From: Wickerhamiella versatilis
Lineage: Eukaryota
Assembly: GCA_030867685.1 (NCBI GenBank)
Contig: JAQOWU010000008.1
Location: 806,001-870,000, forward strand
Direction of reading: 5' to 3'
DNA length: 64,000 nucleotides
Shown here: positions 30,577 through 40,302 of the stretch, piece after piece
How positions within the stretch are numbered: the stretch's first letter is position 1
How the letters are laid out: the number at the start of each line of letters is the position of its first letter
The notes under the pieces: generated by a model
The model's database searches: none
Seen by the model: the letters and a program-made list of their open reading frames with translations, nothing else
Told to the model about the DNA's origin: nothing
Position numbers and translations under genes: made by a program

Positions 30577-32022
30577 TCACGTCTTCGGCAGTTTTCTATC
30601 ATAATTAAAAACGGGAAAAACTGCAGCTTCCAATGGAAAGTCTTTGTGATAGCCGGTGACATCTTTAGTCATGTCGAAGTAACGAAGCATAGTGTTATCA
30701 CAAGTTCCGTATTCCCACTCTTCACACTTATCAGGTATATCAGCCAGCGGACAGCGAAGTCGTCTGTAATTCGCGGCGTCACACAACATCGTGGTTTCCC
30801 ATAATCGTATGATAGAATTGAATCTCCATTGCCCTGTCTCAACTTCATTATAGTGTTTATATTCACTTAACAAGACACCATCTACATCATTGGGTATGAA
30901 AGACGGTGAACCCTCGAATGTCGACAAGTGCAACGGTGACAACTGTTTCAAGGAGTACGAATGAAGATTCTTACACATATATGTGTGTGACAATTTTGCG
31001 AGACCAGTGATATCAATATACATACCCGAATGAATATCGATAAACCTAGCATCTATTACATTATTGCGATTGCCTCGAGTACGCTCCACATACCAAGGAG
31101 AAACGTCAATCAAGTATTTCTTGTCTCCCTGGACAACAAGTGTCCGGTTCCAAAACCTTCCGAGCTTGTCTACTTCCACAATTGGCATTTGCACATCATG
31201 GTCAGTGTCCCAAGGCATAGTCAATCCATTCCATTTCCAGCCAAGCAAGGACCCATGCGCGTACCAGGATAGAATTCCTGCAGCCCTTGTAAAACTAGAC
31301 CATGCACGGGCTAATTCGTGTAGTCCCTGTAAGTTTTCTTCGAATGAAAGCTCACCTCGGAAAAAGCGCCAATCGTAATGTCTAGCCTCGCTCTTCAAAG
31401 ATGCCTCAAAAAAATGCTTTCCCGACGATTTTACATCTCTTAATGCCTTTTGAATGGCTATATCTTTGGAAGGTTGCCATTCAAATAGACTACCATCTAT
31501 CTCAAGTTCCTTTTGGGGTACCGGCTTTATAGATGCTGTTCCCTCGATCGAAGATCCTCCGTATTGTCTATGGTCAAGTGTTGAGTCTCGTTCATCTGCG
31601 ACAGGATATAGTGTTAGATTAACAGGTGTCACATGCGCTTGTGGTGCTAGCACCGCAATTTGATATGGTGCAGAAAAGTTATATTTACAGTATAGCTGTC
31701 CCAGCGCGGATACTTCCTCGAGAGGACGTCCTGTGGGAGGGAAATGGCTTTCATCCGGATAAATAGTCTTAATAATCCCATTAGACTCTTCTCCACTCTG
31801 TAGAAATGAGTCTGCGTTACTGAGGTCAAGCCAATCAGACCAGAGAAATCTGTGGTCTCCACTTGATAGCCGGGCAAGTAGAGGCGCTGAAGGCTTGTTC
31901 AAGCCAGCATGGTTGAAACTTCTGTATTCAGCAGGACGAAATTCGCTTTTCAGAGACCATATCAAGTAGAGTAGTAGCCCAATGAGCACAAATGGCGACA
32001 GAGGCCGAAATCTCCTTCGCAT
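30577..32022 (-). CDS. LicD/fukutin-family phosphotransferase, Mnn4-like type II membrane protein
   Basis: N-terminal basic residues plus TM; KHFFEA...HYDWRFF; WYAHGSLLGWKWNGLTMPWDTDHDVQMP; NVIDARFIDIHSGMYIDITGL. Confidence 0.88.
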   Translation of the reverse strand: MRRRFRPLSPFVLIGLLLYLIWSLKSEFRPAEYRSFNHAGLNKPSAPLLARLSSGDHRFLWSDWLDLSNADSFLQSGEESNGIIKTIYPDESHFPPTGRPLEEVSALGQLYCKYNFSAPYQIAVLAPQAHVTPVNLTLYPVADERDSTLDHRQYGGSSIEGTASIKPVPQKELEIDGSLFEWQPSKDIAIQKALRDVKSSGKHFFEASLKSEARHYDWRFFRGELSFEENLQGLHELARAWSSFTRAAGILSWYAHGSLLGWKWNGLTMPWDTDHDVQMPIVEVDKLGRFWNRTLVVQGDKKYLIDVSPWYVERTRGNRNNVIDARFIDIHSGMYIDITGLAKLSHTYMCKNLHSYSLKQLSPLHLSTFEGSPSFIPNDVDGVLLSEYKHYNEVETGQWRFNSIIRLWETTMLCDAANYRRLRCPLADIPDKCEEWEYGTCDNTMLRYFDMTKDVTGYHKDFPLEAAVFPVFNYDRKLPKT

Positions 32023-32513
32023 CCCTCAACCCTAGCCCAATATGGATGCTCTCGTGACCACAAAATGCCATAGCTTAACCACTTTACAGTTGCCAGTTGT
32101 GATACTTCCATTTTATAAGTATTCTAGGTCGATAGAATTTCATAAACTCACGTCTGACTTCTATAATCTAACTGCTTCATATTTTTACATATGCCGCACT
32201 ATGAATCGAACCTTTTCTATATCTGGCAGCATCTATCCATGCCCGAAATATATCATGCTGTCTTATTCAAATTGGATCTGGATTCCTCTTTGTGGGTGTT
32301 GCTTTCTTTTACTCATACTGGACGAGGGGAATGGAAGGACTGTTCCTTATACCTAATTCACACGACAATAATAAATTAACCAACATTAATATTGAGAGTA
32401 CAAATAAATATTTGCATACCATTAGAAGTTTATTTTCTTGTAATGACATCCTTGCGTGGTTACTTCCCTACCACCCCCTCGTCCAAGTCAGCTCGCGTAA
32501 GCGGACACGCAAT

Positions 32514-35500
32514 ATGAAGCTGAAGGAAATCCCGCGTACAGCCACTTTCGCGTGGTCTCCCGCAAGTGCAGATCCTCTCATTGCAACCGGAACTGCGGCA
32601 GGTGCGATTGATGCAGACTTCAGCGTGGCCACATCCCTAGAGATATGGCCTTTGAATCTCCTGGACCGTACCGTCGGTAGTTTCGAAGCCACGCCCAGGA
32701 TGGCTGCCGATACCGATGCTCGATTTCATGACTTGGCATTTAATGCAGATGGGTCGGTCATAGTTGGCGCGCTAGAAAACGGTACTGTCGAGACTTGGAA
32801 GGTTACACCTGACAGCCTACAGCCTGGCACAAAAAATACGACTCAACATGCAGGTAATGCTGTGCATTCTGTAAACTTCAGTCGTCTGGATGCGAAAAAG
32901 TTTGCCACTGGTGGCTCTGGGGGAAATGTCTTTGTGTGGGACCTTGGTAGAATTAGCGAAGCCACTACAGCTGCTGCGTCAAGTGCATCTGCCAATGATG
33001 ACGTTTTAACCGTGGCATGGAATAACCGGGCGTCGCAGATTCTAGCAAGCGGAGGTACACGTGGATTTGTGAATATTTGGGATACCAATCGAAAGCGCGA
33101 GGTTCTCCACCTTCATTACACTAGCCCCAAAACTGGCTCTCGTGTACCTATTTCCGGTGTTTCGTGGCATCCTACGAACTCTACGAAGCTATTGACTACA
33201 TCGCTAGATGATCAAGAACCAGTAGTGCTCATATGGGATCTAAAGAATGCAAACACTCCTGAGAAAGTTCTAAAAGGTCATTCTGCGGGTGTGCTAGGTG
33301 CAGAATGGTGTTCTCAGGACGAAAATCTGCTATTAAGTTATGGAAAGGATAACTCAACTTTGCTGTGGAACCCACAGACGGGCCAGCAGTTGGGAACGTA
33401 TCCTATTTCTACTGAGTGGACTTTCAAGACACAGTTTCATCCCCATATGCCAGACCTATGGGCAGGAGCATCTTTTGATGGGAAAGTCACGGTTCAAACA
33501 CTCCAGGATACAACGCCTATTCCTGACGATTCAGGAAAACCCCAGGGTGAAACTGACTTCTGGGAGTCTGGAACAGCTTTGGAAGCTGTCCACCCGAGTT
33601 TCACAGAGTCCCAAGCACCATCATGGCTTCTGCGGCCTGTTTCTGCTACTTTCGGTTTTGGTGGTAAAACTGTGATCGCAAGAGGTACTTCTGTGACCAT
33701 AGGGCATGCTGGAGATGCTACATTGTCAAAGGAGGCTCAAGTCCTAAACGATGCACTAAAGACCGGTGACTTGAGTGTACTCGCCGATTCTGCCAGAGAT
33801 CCTGATTGGGGTGTGTTGCTGGAGTTCTTACAAAATAAAGAAGCCGCCGTGAGCAACCATACACCCAAGGCTCCGGTGATAGAGGAACGCTTTGACATCC
33901 AGCCACCATATGAACCATCAGGGCCGCTCGAGCTTGATGACGGCGAAGCTACGCAGCTAGCAATAGGAAATGACATCGAAGGTGCCGTCAATGCATTATT
34001 GGCGGAAAACAAAGCGGCAGATGCTTTGGCTTTAGCTTCCCTGGGCAACCCGGACCTTTTGGCACGAGCACGTCAAGCATATTTGCGGCAGGAGGCTCCT
34101 AAAAAGCCTTACCTTCGTGTTGCCTGGGATATGAGCTCGGGCAATGTTGACGATATCGTTGAGAATTGCCAAGTTGAATCTTGGAAGGACGCGCTACGTG
34201 CTGCTCTCTCAGTCGCTTCTACCGATGGCTCTAAGGCCAGTGATGCCGTTTCCAAACTAGGAAAACGCTTGGTAAAGGCTGAAAATCGTGAGAATGCCAT
34301 AATAACAAGTCTCGTAGGTGAGGACGCGACTGCCGCTGCGGAGTTATGGTTGTCTGAGCTCCCGTCTTTGGAGTCCAAGATTGCAGAGAATGAAAAAACC
34401 CCTGCCTATGCCGCTCATGTTAAGGCTCTACGTCAAGTCATTGAAAAAATCACAGCGGCAACCAAAATCGTGGGTCCAATCAATGACTCCGACGCAATCT
34501 TTGCGGCTTTCCGCGACTTTGCTAACATCACTGCCTCCGAAGGAAATCTCGATCTAGCTAAGCACTATCTTAGCGCATTGCCTGCCAAGTATGCGGAGGA
34601 GCAGGAGCGAATTGATAAGGCCACGCAGCCTACTTCCTCCAGGTTACCATCAGCGAGACCCCAAGTTTATGGTAACCGCTTGCCTACTGGAGCACCTGAA
34701 GCCAGCCCTTACGTACCAGCAGCTCCATCAAACCCATACGCTCCAGCAAGTGCGCCTTTTGTTCCCGGACAGTTACCAGCTAAACCCACTCAAAACATTC
34801 CGCCTCGCAGTGTGAGACAACCTGCAGCGTCTGTGCCAGAGCGCGGTTCGACTCCAGGCCCTATTCCACCACCGCCAGGACCAAATCCAGGAACTCGACG
34901 AATTCGTTCTAATGCTCCATCGGGATGGAATGACATCACAGACCTAGCGCATGCACCACGACGGACGCCAGTTGCACCTCAAGTGATAACTCCGGCATAT
35001 GCTACTACCGCAGCCAATGGACCACCAGTATCCAGTGCATCAGCTTCAGCCTCAGCTTCAGGAGGCAGTTCTGTGGGCGCTCCACCCCCACCTCCAAAGG
35101 TTGGTGAGCGTGTGCGCAGCCCTACTGTTAACAGTGGTAATGGGTTTGTCCCGACGCCAGCACCAATAGCTTCGCCATACGCACCACCTCCTGGTTCTGT
35201 TGAGACTCCCTCAATAAGCCGACCAGTGGCGCCATCAAAACCCCCAGCTAATCCTTATGTCCACAAGTCTGCACCTCGTACTCATAGTGCGCCTAAGGCA
35301 AACCCCTATGTTCCACAGTCAAGCGATCCTATTCGGTCCACTCCCTCGCCATCTCGCCCTGTAGCAAGTAGTGGTTTTGCACCGCCTCCGCCAGGACCTG
35401 CTAAGGTTGTGCCTCCACCCCCAGGTCGGGCACCACCTCCTCGTGCTGCCCCTACTGCTCCAGCACCTCCCCCAGCCGCTACTGTAGTCCCGCCACCCCC

Positions 35501-35975
35501 TCATGCCATAGCTGCCTCCACGGCTTCTTCTTCTCTGGCAGCCACACGGCAAGCAGCGCCCGAGCCAGCGGTGGCAAAATCAGCTGTCAATCCTCCGCCT
35601 AGTCAGGCTCCACCGGCAAATCGCCGGCCAAAGGGCGACCGTTCGCAAATTCCGCCAAATGTAATGCCAATATACACATCGCTTACTGCAGAATTGAATC
35701 GGGTACGTCCTGTTGTTGAAGCCCAGTTCAAGCGGCAGTTTGATGATACCAGGCGAAGATTGGATATTCTGTTTGACCATCTCAACAATGGTGATCTTTT
35801 AACGCCTGCCACGGTGAACGACTTACTTACCGTGGTTGAATACATCGATCAACGTCAATATCCTTCGGCAGAGGGACTCCTTACTGAAATTCTAGCATCA
35901 CGTAGCGAGCAATGTGAGCAGTGGATGACCGGAGTAAAGCGCCTTGTTACTATGGGAAAGGCTGTGCCAGTCTAA
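32514..35975 (+). CDS. SEC31: COPII outer coat subunit
   Basis: Probable start MKLKEIPRTATFAWSP at 32514; WD40 propeller, QAPSWLLRPVSATFGFGGK, Pro-rich region, RRLDILFDHLNN, WMTGVKRL. Confidence 0.95.
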   Translation: MKLKEIPRTATFAWSPASADPLIATGTAAGAIDADFSVATSLEIWPLNLLDRTVGSFEATPRMAADTDARFHDLAFNADGSVIVGALENGTVETWKVTPDSLQPGTKNTTQHAGNAVHSVNFSRLDAKKFATGGSGGNVFVWDLGRISEATTAAASSASANDDVLTVAWNNRASQILASGGTRGFVNIWDTNRKREVLHLHYTSPKTGSRVPISGVSWHPTNSTKLLTTSLDDQEPVVLIWDLKNANTPEKVLKGHSAGVLGAEWCSQDENLLLSYGKDNSTLLWNPQTGQQLGTYPISTEWTFKTQFHPHMPDLWAGASFDGKVTVQTLQDTTPIPDDSGKPQGETDFWESGTALEAVHPSFTESQAPSWLLRPVSATFGFGGKTVIARGTSVTIGHAGDATLSKEAQVLNDALKTGDLSVLADSARDPDWGVLLEFLQNKEAAVSNHTPKAPVIEERFDIQPPYEPSGPLELDDGEATQLAIGNDIEGAVNALLAENKAADALALASLGNPDLLARARQAYLRQEAPKKPYLRVAWDMSSGNVDDIVENCQVESWKDALRAALSVASTDGSKASDAVSKLGKRLVKAENRENAIITSLVGEDATAAAELWLSELPSLESKIAENEKTPAYAAHVKALRQVIEKITAATKIVGPINDSDAIFAAFRDFANITASEGNLDLAKHYLSALPAKYAEEQERIDKATQPTSSRLPSARPQVYGNRLPTGAPEASPYVPAAPSNPYAPASAPFVPGQLPAKPTQNIPPRSVRQPAASVPERGSTPGPIPPPPGPNPGTRRIRSNAPSGWNDITDLAHAPRRTPVAPQVITPAYATTAANGPPVSSASASASASGGSSVGAPPPPPKVGERVRSPTVNSGNGFVPTPAPIASPYAPPPGSVETPSISRPVAPSKPPANPYVHKSAPRTHSAPKANPYVPQSSDPIRSTPSPSRPVASSGFAPPPPGPAKVVPPPPGRAPPPRAAPTAPAPPPAATVVPPPPHAIAASTASSSLAATRQAAPEPAVAKSAVNPPPSQAPPANRRPKGDRSQIPPNVMPIYTSLTAELNRVRPVVEAQFKRQFDDTRRRLDILFDHLNNGDLLTPATVNDLLTVVEYIDQRQYPSAEGLLTEILASRSEQCEQWMTGVKRLVTMGKAVPV

Positions 35976-36262
35976 AAATTAAATACTTAGATATAGGACT
36001 ATCTAGTTTCTCTTTCATTTTCCCGGTACTAACTTATGATTTGCAATCTGTGGATAATGCAAAATAACTATGATGGTTCTCTGGCCTCGCTATATCGATT
36101 TTGCTAGCATCATATATACCCTAGCCCTGTATCATTTTAAATACTAGTGTAGCTAATTCACTGCACCAGTCGTGAAATGCAAATACCAATAAACGCAACT
36201 AAATGGTAAGCATAGCGATGTCTTCAAATTGGCCTTGGCAGCCCAATGATATGTTCTGACTA

Positions 36263-38839
36263 ATGCGTCCAAAGGTCTTTTTTAGGGATTCTGAATGTCA
36301 GATCCCACCTGATGCGCGAAGAAAGCACAGTCCGAATAATTCGGAAGCATTTGAATCGGGGAGTGAGGCTGAAACAGATGTAGAGCCTGTCTCGAAGCGT
36401 ACTCACCGGCGCATGGACAGCCAGCATGAGAATGGCACGTACAAGCGCACCAGGACAGTATCTCAATCTCGCGATGTGGCTGGTAGAAAAGCACTTTTAC
36501 GTGCATGTTTTCGTGGAGATCTTAGTCGCGTATTAGAATGTCTTTCTTTTGGTGATGACCCAAGCGATCGTGATTATGCTGGGACCACTGCAATGCATGC
36601 TGCGGCCCTGCAAGGCGATAAGGAAATACTCGAGGCATTGCTCCATTCCTCCCGTGCAATTGTAGATATAAGATCAGGTAATGATGAGCTTGATACACCT
36701 TTAATGGATGCTGTTTCTAATGGGTCACCCGCGGCCGTGAAACTCTTGCTTGACCATGGAGCAGATCCACGTGCGAGCAACAAGGAGGGCAAGATTGCTA
36801 TTGATTTTATTGACTGGGATGAAGATGGGGCGGAAGAGATTGAGAGTCTAATTAAGACGGCCACTGCCCGTGTCAGGTCGCAGAAATTACCTCTGGTAAC
36901 CCGTGAGACTGCTACCCCAGGAACTTTTCCTCCTGAAGAGCAGGATTCCGAAGTCGCTGAATTTGCCACTCCTCACCTAGATTTATTAACCAAGGCTGGT
37001 CGTGGTGTAGCCACACAAAGGGCAGCGCGTGGAGATCTTGCATTCGTGGGTATGGCTCTTGAACAAGGTTGGCGACCGACTGCAGAAGCTCTGGTTAAGG
37101 CAGCAAAGTATGGTCACTCGGAAGTTGCTGAATTATTGCTGGCTTTCGGTGTTCCTGTGAATGCTCTATGGGAAGGGCAGACTGCGCTACTTGCAACGGC
37201 AGGACGCGGCCATTCATCTACCGTAAAGCTGCTGCTAGATTCAGGAGCTGATCGGATGTACAAAGATAGTAAGGGTAGGACATGTGCTTCATTAGTATCA
37301 TTTCTGCCTGAAGAGGATACCGAGCGAAGACTTTTAGAAGGTACAACTGAAGCATCTATTCAGAAGCCAGAGAGCGAGTCGAAGTCGAGTCGACCTGTAT
37401 CTACTGAAAATGATGCGTCACCTACAAATTCAACTGCCCAAAATGTACATGGTGAAGACAAATCATCCCAGGTGATAACCGATAAGGAAAAGCCGCAGTC
37501 CCAAAAATTCTCAAGAGATCCCCGTAAGGATAGTCGAACCAGCGTGGCAGTAGGCGGAGACAGTTCTACAAGTATAACTAAGGATTTCAGAATGCCTTTT
37601 GATAAAATTGATTTCCGGTCTATCAAGCGGAAGAAGCGCACCAACTCCCAGGCTGTCCACTCTGAAGAATCTACCCCGGAGACAGAGAATATTTTTTCGT
37701 CTGATCATCAAGTAAAGCATGAGTTGAATAGTTCTGTCAAACAAGAGCATAAAAGTTTGGAGCCCTTAGTTAGTCGTGATCAGGGCGACCTCTCGTATCA
37801 TGATGATGAGCCGCACAATCTAATGTCTGATGGTCGAGAGGAGCAAAGGGTGGAGCAAGAAACTTCCGAAAGTAATAAGTCGAATTTACATGTGATACCC
37901 AAAGACAAAAAGTCTATGCCTGAAGAAAGAAACTCTGAGGAGCCTATCTCTCCCGATCATAGTGTGGAAGTTGATGAGCATCGTCGTAGTGCGGAAACTA
38001 TTGAATTTGCAACACGTCGTGAGCGAGATCGACGAGCAAGAGAAGCACAAATGCTCGAAAGCTTGGCAAATGAAGAACGACGAAGACACACTAGATCGAG
38101 ATCTCCATCAGCTGGGCCGACACCATGCTCTCCTGTTAGCGAAGCTGAAAATATCACCCCCAGCACTAGATCCGAGCATGAACAGCAGGAGCATCAGCAG
38201 CCAAGTCAAAATCAGGATCAAGAGCAAGAGCAAAAGGAAAAGGAAAATGAAAAGGAAAATAAAAGTGAGCTCCATCAGCCCCGAATTCAGGCCCAGGTTG
38301 AAAACCATCATCAAAGTCAAGACGGCGATATTCCACAGCAGCAATCAGTAAAATGGCTTCCATGGGCGCTAAGACAACTCGCCTACAGTAGGATGCCACA
38401 GAAGAGGGTTTTGCCTCTTTTGGTTTATTATCCAGACCAGTCTGAATCTGCTTATTTCTTAGATGTCCAACTTGCTCTTTTCTTGGGCCGCCCACAACTG
38501 CACAGAGAGATGCCAAACCTGATTAAGTTGGTGGTAACACCTCAGCAAAAGGTCTTGATGTGGAATTTTGTCAAACCTTGGCTTGCGTCTCCTCGTATTC
38601 AATTCTCTCTTGATGACGAGGTATCCGAAAAGGCGCTATTCATGTCTCTTAATTTGAGTTGGATCCGGACGAACGAAGTGCAGTCTTTAGTAGGCACTGA
38701 AGTTCCCAAAGTTACAGTGTCTCTTGCAGGTCAACAGCCGAAACCACTTGCTAAATCTTCAGAATTTGCTCATTCAGCTTTGCCATTAAGATTTGCCCTA
38801 AAAGTAAGGCAAACCCAACGAAATTTTTCTTGGACCTAA
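36263..38839 (+). CDS. HOS4: Ankyrin-repeat protein, Hos4-like Set3 complex subunit
   Basis: N-terminal ankyrin repeats (DYAGTTAMHAAALQG, DTPLMDAVSNG), long charged linker, C-terminal LPLL...FLDVQL...QKVLMW...EKALFMSLNLSWI domain. Confidence 0.65.
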   Translation: MRPKVFFRDSECQIPPDARRKHSPNNSEAFESGSEAETDVEPVSKRTHRRMDSQHENGTYKRTRTVSQSRDVAGRKALLRACFRGDLSRVLECLSFGDDPSDRDYAGTTAMHAAALQGDKEILEALLHSSRAIVDIRSGNDELDTPLMDAVSNGSPAAVKLLLDHGADPRASNKEGKIAIDFIDWDEDGAEEIESLIKTATARVRSQKLPLVTRETATPGTFPPEEQDSEVAEFATPHLDLLTKAGRGVATQRAARGDLAFVGMALEQGWRPTAEALVKAAKYGHSEVAELLLAFGVPVNALWEGQTALLATAGRGHSSTVKLLLDSGADRMYKDSKGRTCASLVSFLPEEDTERRLLEGTTEASIQKPESESKSSRPVSTENDASPTNSTAQNVHGEDKSSQVITDKEKPQSQKFSRDPRKDSRTSVAVGGDSSTSITKDFRMPFDKIDFRSIKRKKRTNSQAVHSEESTPETENIFSSDHQVKHELNSSVKQEHKSLEPLVSRDQGDLSYHDDEPHNLMSDGREEQRVEQETSESNKSNLHVIPKDKKSMPEERNSEEPISPDHSVEVDEHRRSAETIEFATRRERDRRAREAQMLESLANEERRRHTRSRSPSAGPTPCSPVSEAENITPSTRSEHEQQEHQQPSQNQDQEQEQKEKENEKENKSELHQPRIQAQVENHHQSQDGDIPQQQSVKWLPWALRQLAYSRMPQKRVLPLLVYYPDQSESAYFLDVQLALFLGRPQLHREMPNLIKLVVTPQQKVLMWNFVKPWLASPRIQFSLDDEVSEKALFMSLNLSWIRTNEVQSLVGTEVPKVTVSLAGQQPKPLAKSSEFAHSALPLRFALKVRQTQRNFSWT

Positions 38840-38875
38840 TATTATTTATTCTTAATTAGTTTTTCTACTAGATCT

Positions 38876-39517
38876 CTAATAATTACGAGTGTGCGCAGGA
38901 GTTTGTCCTTCGTTATTTTCGAGACTTGGGTCGGCACCCGCCTCCTCCAGAAGTTTTATCACATCGGGGTGATCTTCTGCGTAGGCATAGTGTAAAGCCG
39001 TCCACCCCTCTTTATTTGTTGCATTCGTAGGTGCACCATGCTGTAAAAGAATTTTTACGATATCGACACTTCCATTTGCCGCAGCACGTTGAAGAGGCGT
39101 ACCACTTTGAACGCTATCTCGAGCCCGAGGCGAAGCCCCAAGCCTGAGGAGTTCCTCAACAGCAGATACATGTTTTTTGGACACCGCAATGAATAGTGGG
39201 GTTTGACCTGCATTTGCCCTGGCGTTGATGGCCGGCTCCAAAGGCTCAAGAGCTTTGATGTAGTCGAGTCCTAAAGCAGAGGCAATATGCAACGCTGTCC
39301 ATCCTGCACCATCGACTGCATCCACATCAAATCCCGGTAAAGAACGTGCGACACGAACTACTTCGAGAACTACTTCGAGAGATCCCTGTGATAGTGCACA
39401 CATTAAGGGTGTCCGACTATCATCATCCACCTTGTTAAGTAACTTAGGATTACTTTGTAGCAATGAACGAAGCCCCAATGCATCTTTCGTAGTGATTTTT
39501 TCCTTCAATTCGTCCAT
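38876..39517 (-). CDS. NAS6: Ankyrin-repeat proteasome chaperone (gankyrin-like)
   Basis: 213 aa made entirely of ankyrin repeats: DDDSRTPL, DGAGWTALHIASA, GQTPLFIAVSK, TPLQRAAANG, GWTALHYAYAE. Confidence 0.75.
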   Translation of the reverse strand: MDELKEKITTKDALGLRSLLQSNPKLLNKVDDDSRTPLMCALSQGSLEVVLEVVRVARSLPGFDVDAVDGAGWTALHIASALGLDYIKALEPLEPAINARANAGQTPLFIAVSKKHVSAVEELLRLGASPRARDSVQSGTPLQRAAANGSVDIVKILLQHGAPTNATNKEGWTALHYAYAEDHPDVIKLLEEAGADPSLENNEGQTPAHTRNY

Positions 39518-39553
39518 GAGCCATCCCTTCTTCCAACTGCTTACTTACCTACG

Positions 39554-40186
39554 ATGAAGGGCCCGTTCGCGGGGGCAGCCGGTACCGCGACCTTCGCAGG
39601 ACTCCTGTTTGCTACCACATTATTAGAGTCGATGTTGCATGTACCATATTTACTTGACCTTGCAATAGATCCCTACTTATCTCGATGGAGACAGTGGTGG
39701 CGACTACTTGCAAACAACTTGATTTGGACAGATCAGACTCAGTTGTTTCTTGGGATTCTTATTCTGTATAACTCACGTGTTGTCGAACGATTTTATAGTA
39801 CTGGACGATGGGTCGTTATGGTGATTGCAATTTGGTTGGCCTCTGCATTACTAGTCCCATTTCTCCTTTATCTCGTACGAGCACGAAATTTCGTGGTCAC
39901 TCCAGGGCCTACTGCCCTTTTAGGAGCGATTGTTCAGCTATATTCTACTTACGTGCCTTCTATCTATCGGTTTAAAATCGAAGGCCTTGGGTCTGTCAGT
40001 GACAAAGTTTGGGTTTACCTATTTGCATTTCAGTTGATACGATCTCGGGGAGACTTGCTCAAGTTTTTTATAGGGTGGAGTTTGGTATCTATTCCTGCAA
40101 TGAGGTCGATGGTTGAAAATAGTTACATATCTCTTACAGTTGATCACAATGATCGCAACTGGACTCGATTTCTGCCAATTGGTTAA
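39554..40186 (+). CDS. DSC2: Rhomboid-like pseudoprotease, Dsc2/UBAC2-like
   Basis: QWWRLL, LYNSRVVERFYST, PGPTALLGA, YVPSIYRFKI, SDKVWVY; multi-TM. Confidence 0.7.
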   Translation: MKGPFAGAAGTATFAGLLFATTLLESMLHVPYLLDLAIDPYLSRWRQWWRLLANNLIWTDQTQLFLGILILYNSRVVERFYSTGRWVVMVIAIWLASALLVPFLLYLVRARNFVVTPGPTALLGAIVQLYSTYVPSIYRFKIEGLGSVSDKVWVYLFAFQLIRSRGDLLKFFIGWSLVSIPAMRSMVENSYISLTVDHNDRNWTRFLPIG

Positions 40187-40302
40187 ATTTTAAAATATTA
40201 TAAGAGGTAATTTAAATGTTTCGAGCTTCGTTGTCAAAATATGCTTGTGTGTGTATACTGCATCCCATTGTCACGATGGCCTCTCTCCAGCTGACATGAC
40301 CC

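Noticed and set aside
32042..32379. Short ORFs (104 and 62 aa) in the LicD-SEC31 gap, and an 83-aa ORF at 59726
   Set aside because: AT-rich promoter-like composition and no recognisable motifs.
32292..32513. N-terminal extension of SEC31 in the ORF track
   Set aside because: It starts at a non-ATG codon and is AT-rich; the conserved Sec31 N-terminus begins at ATG 32514. The near-cognate extensions of MRPL51, NOP13, the ENTH gene, MMM1, MCA1 and the aminopeptidase were trimmed for the same reason.
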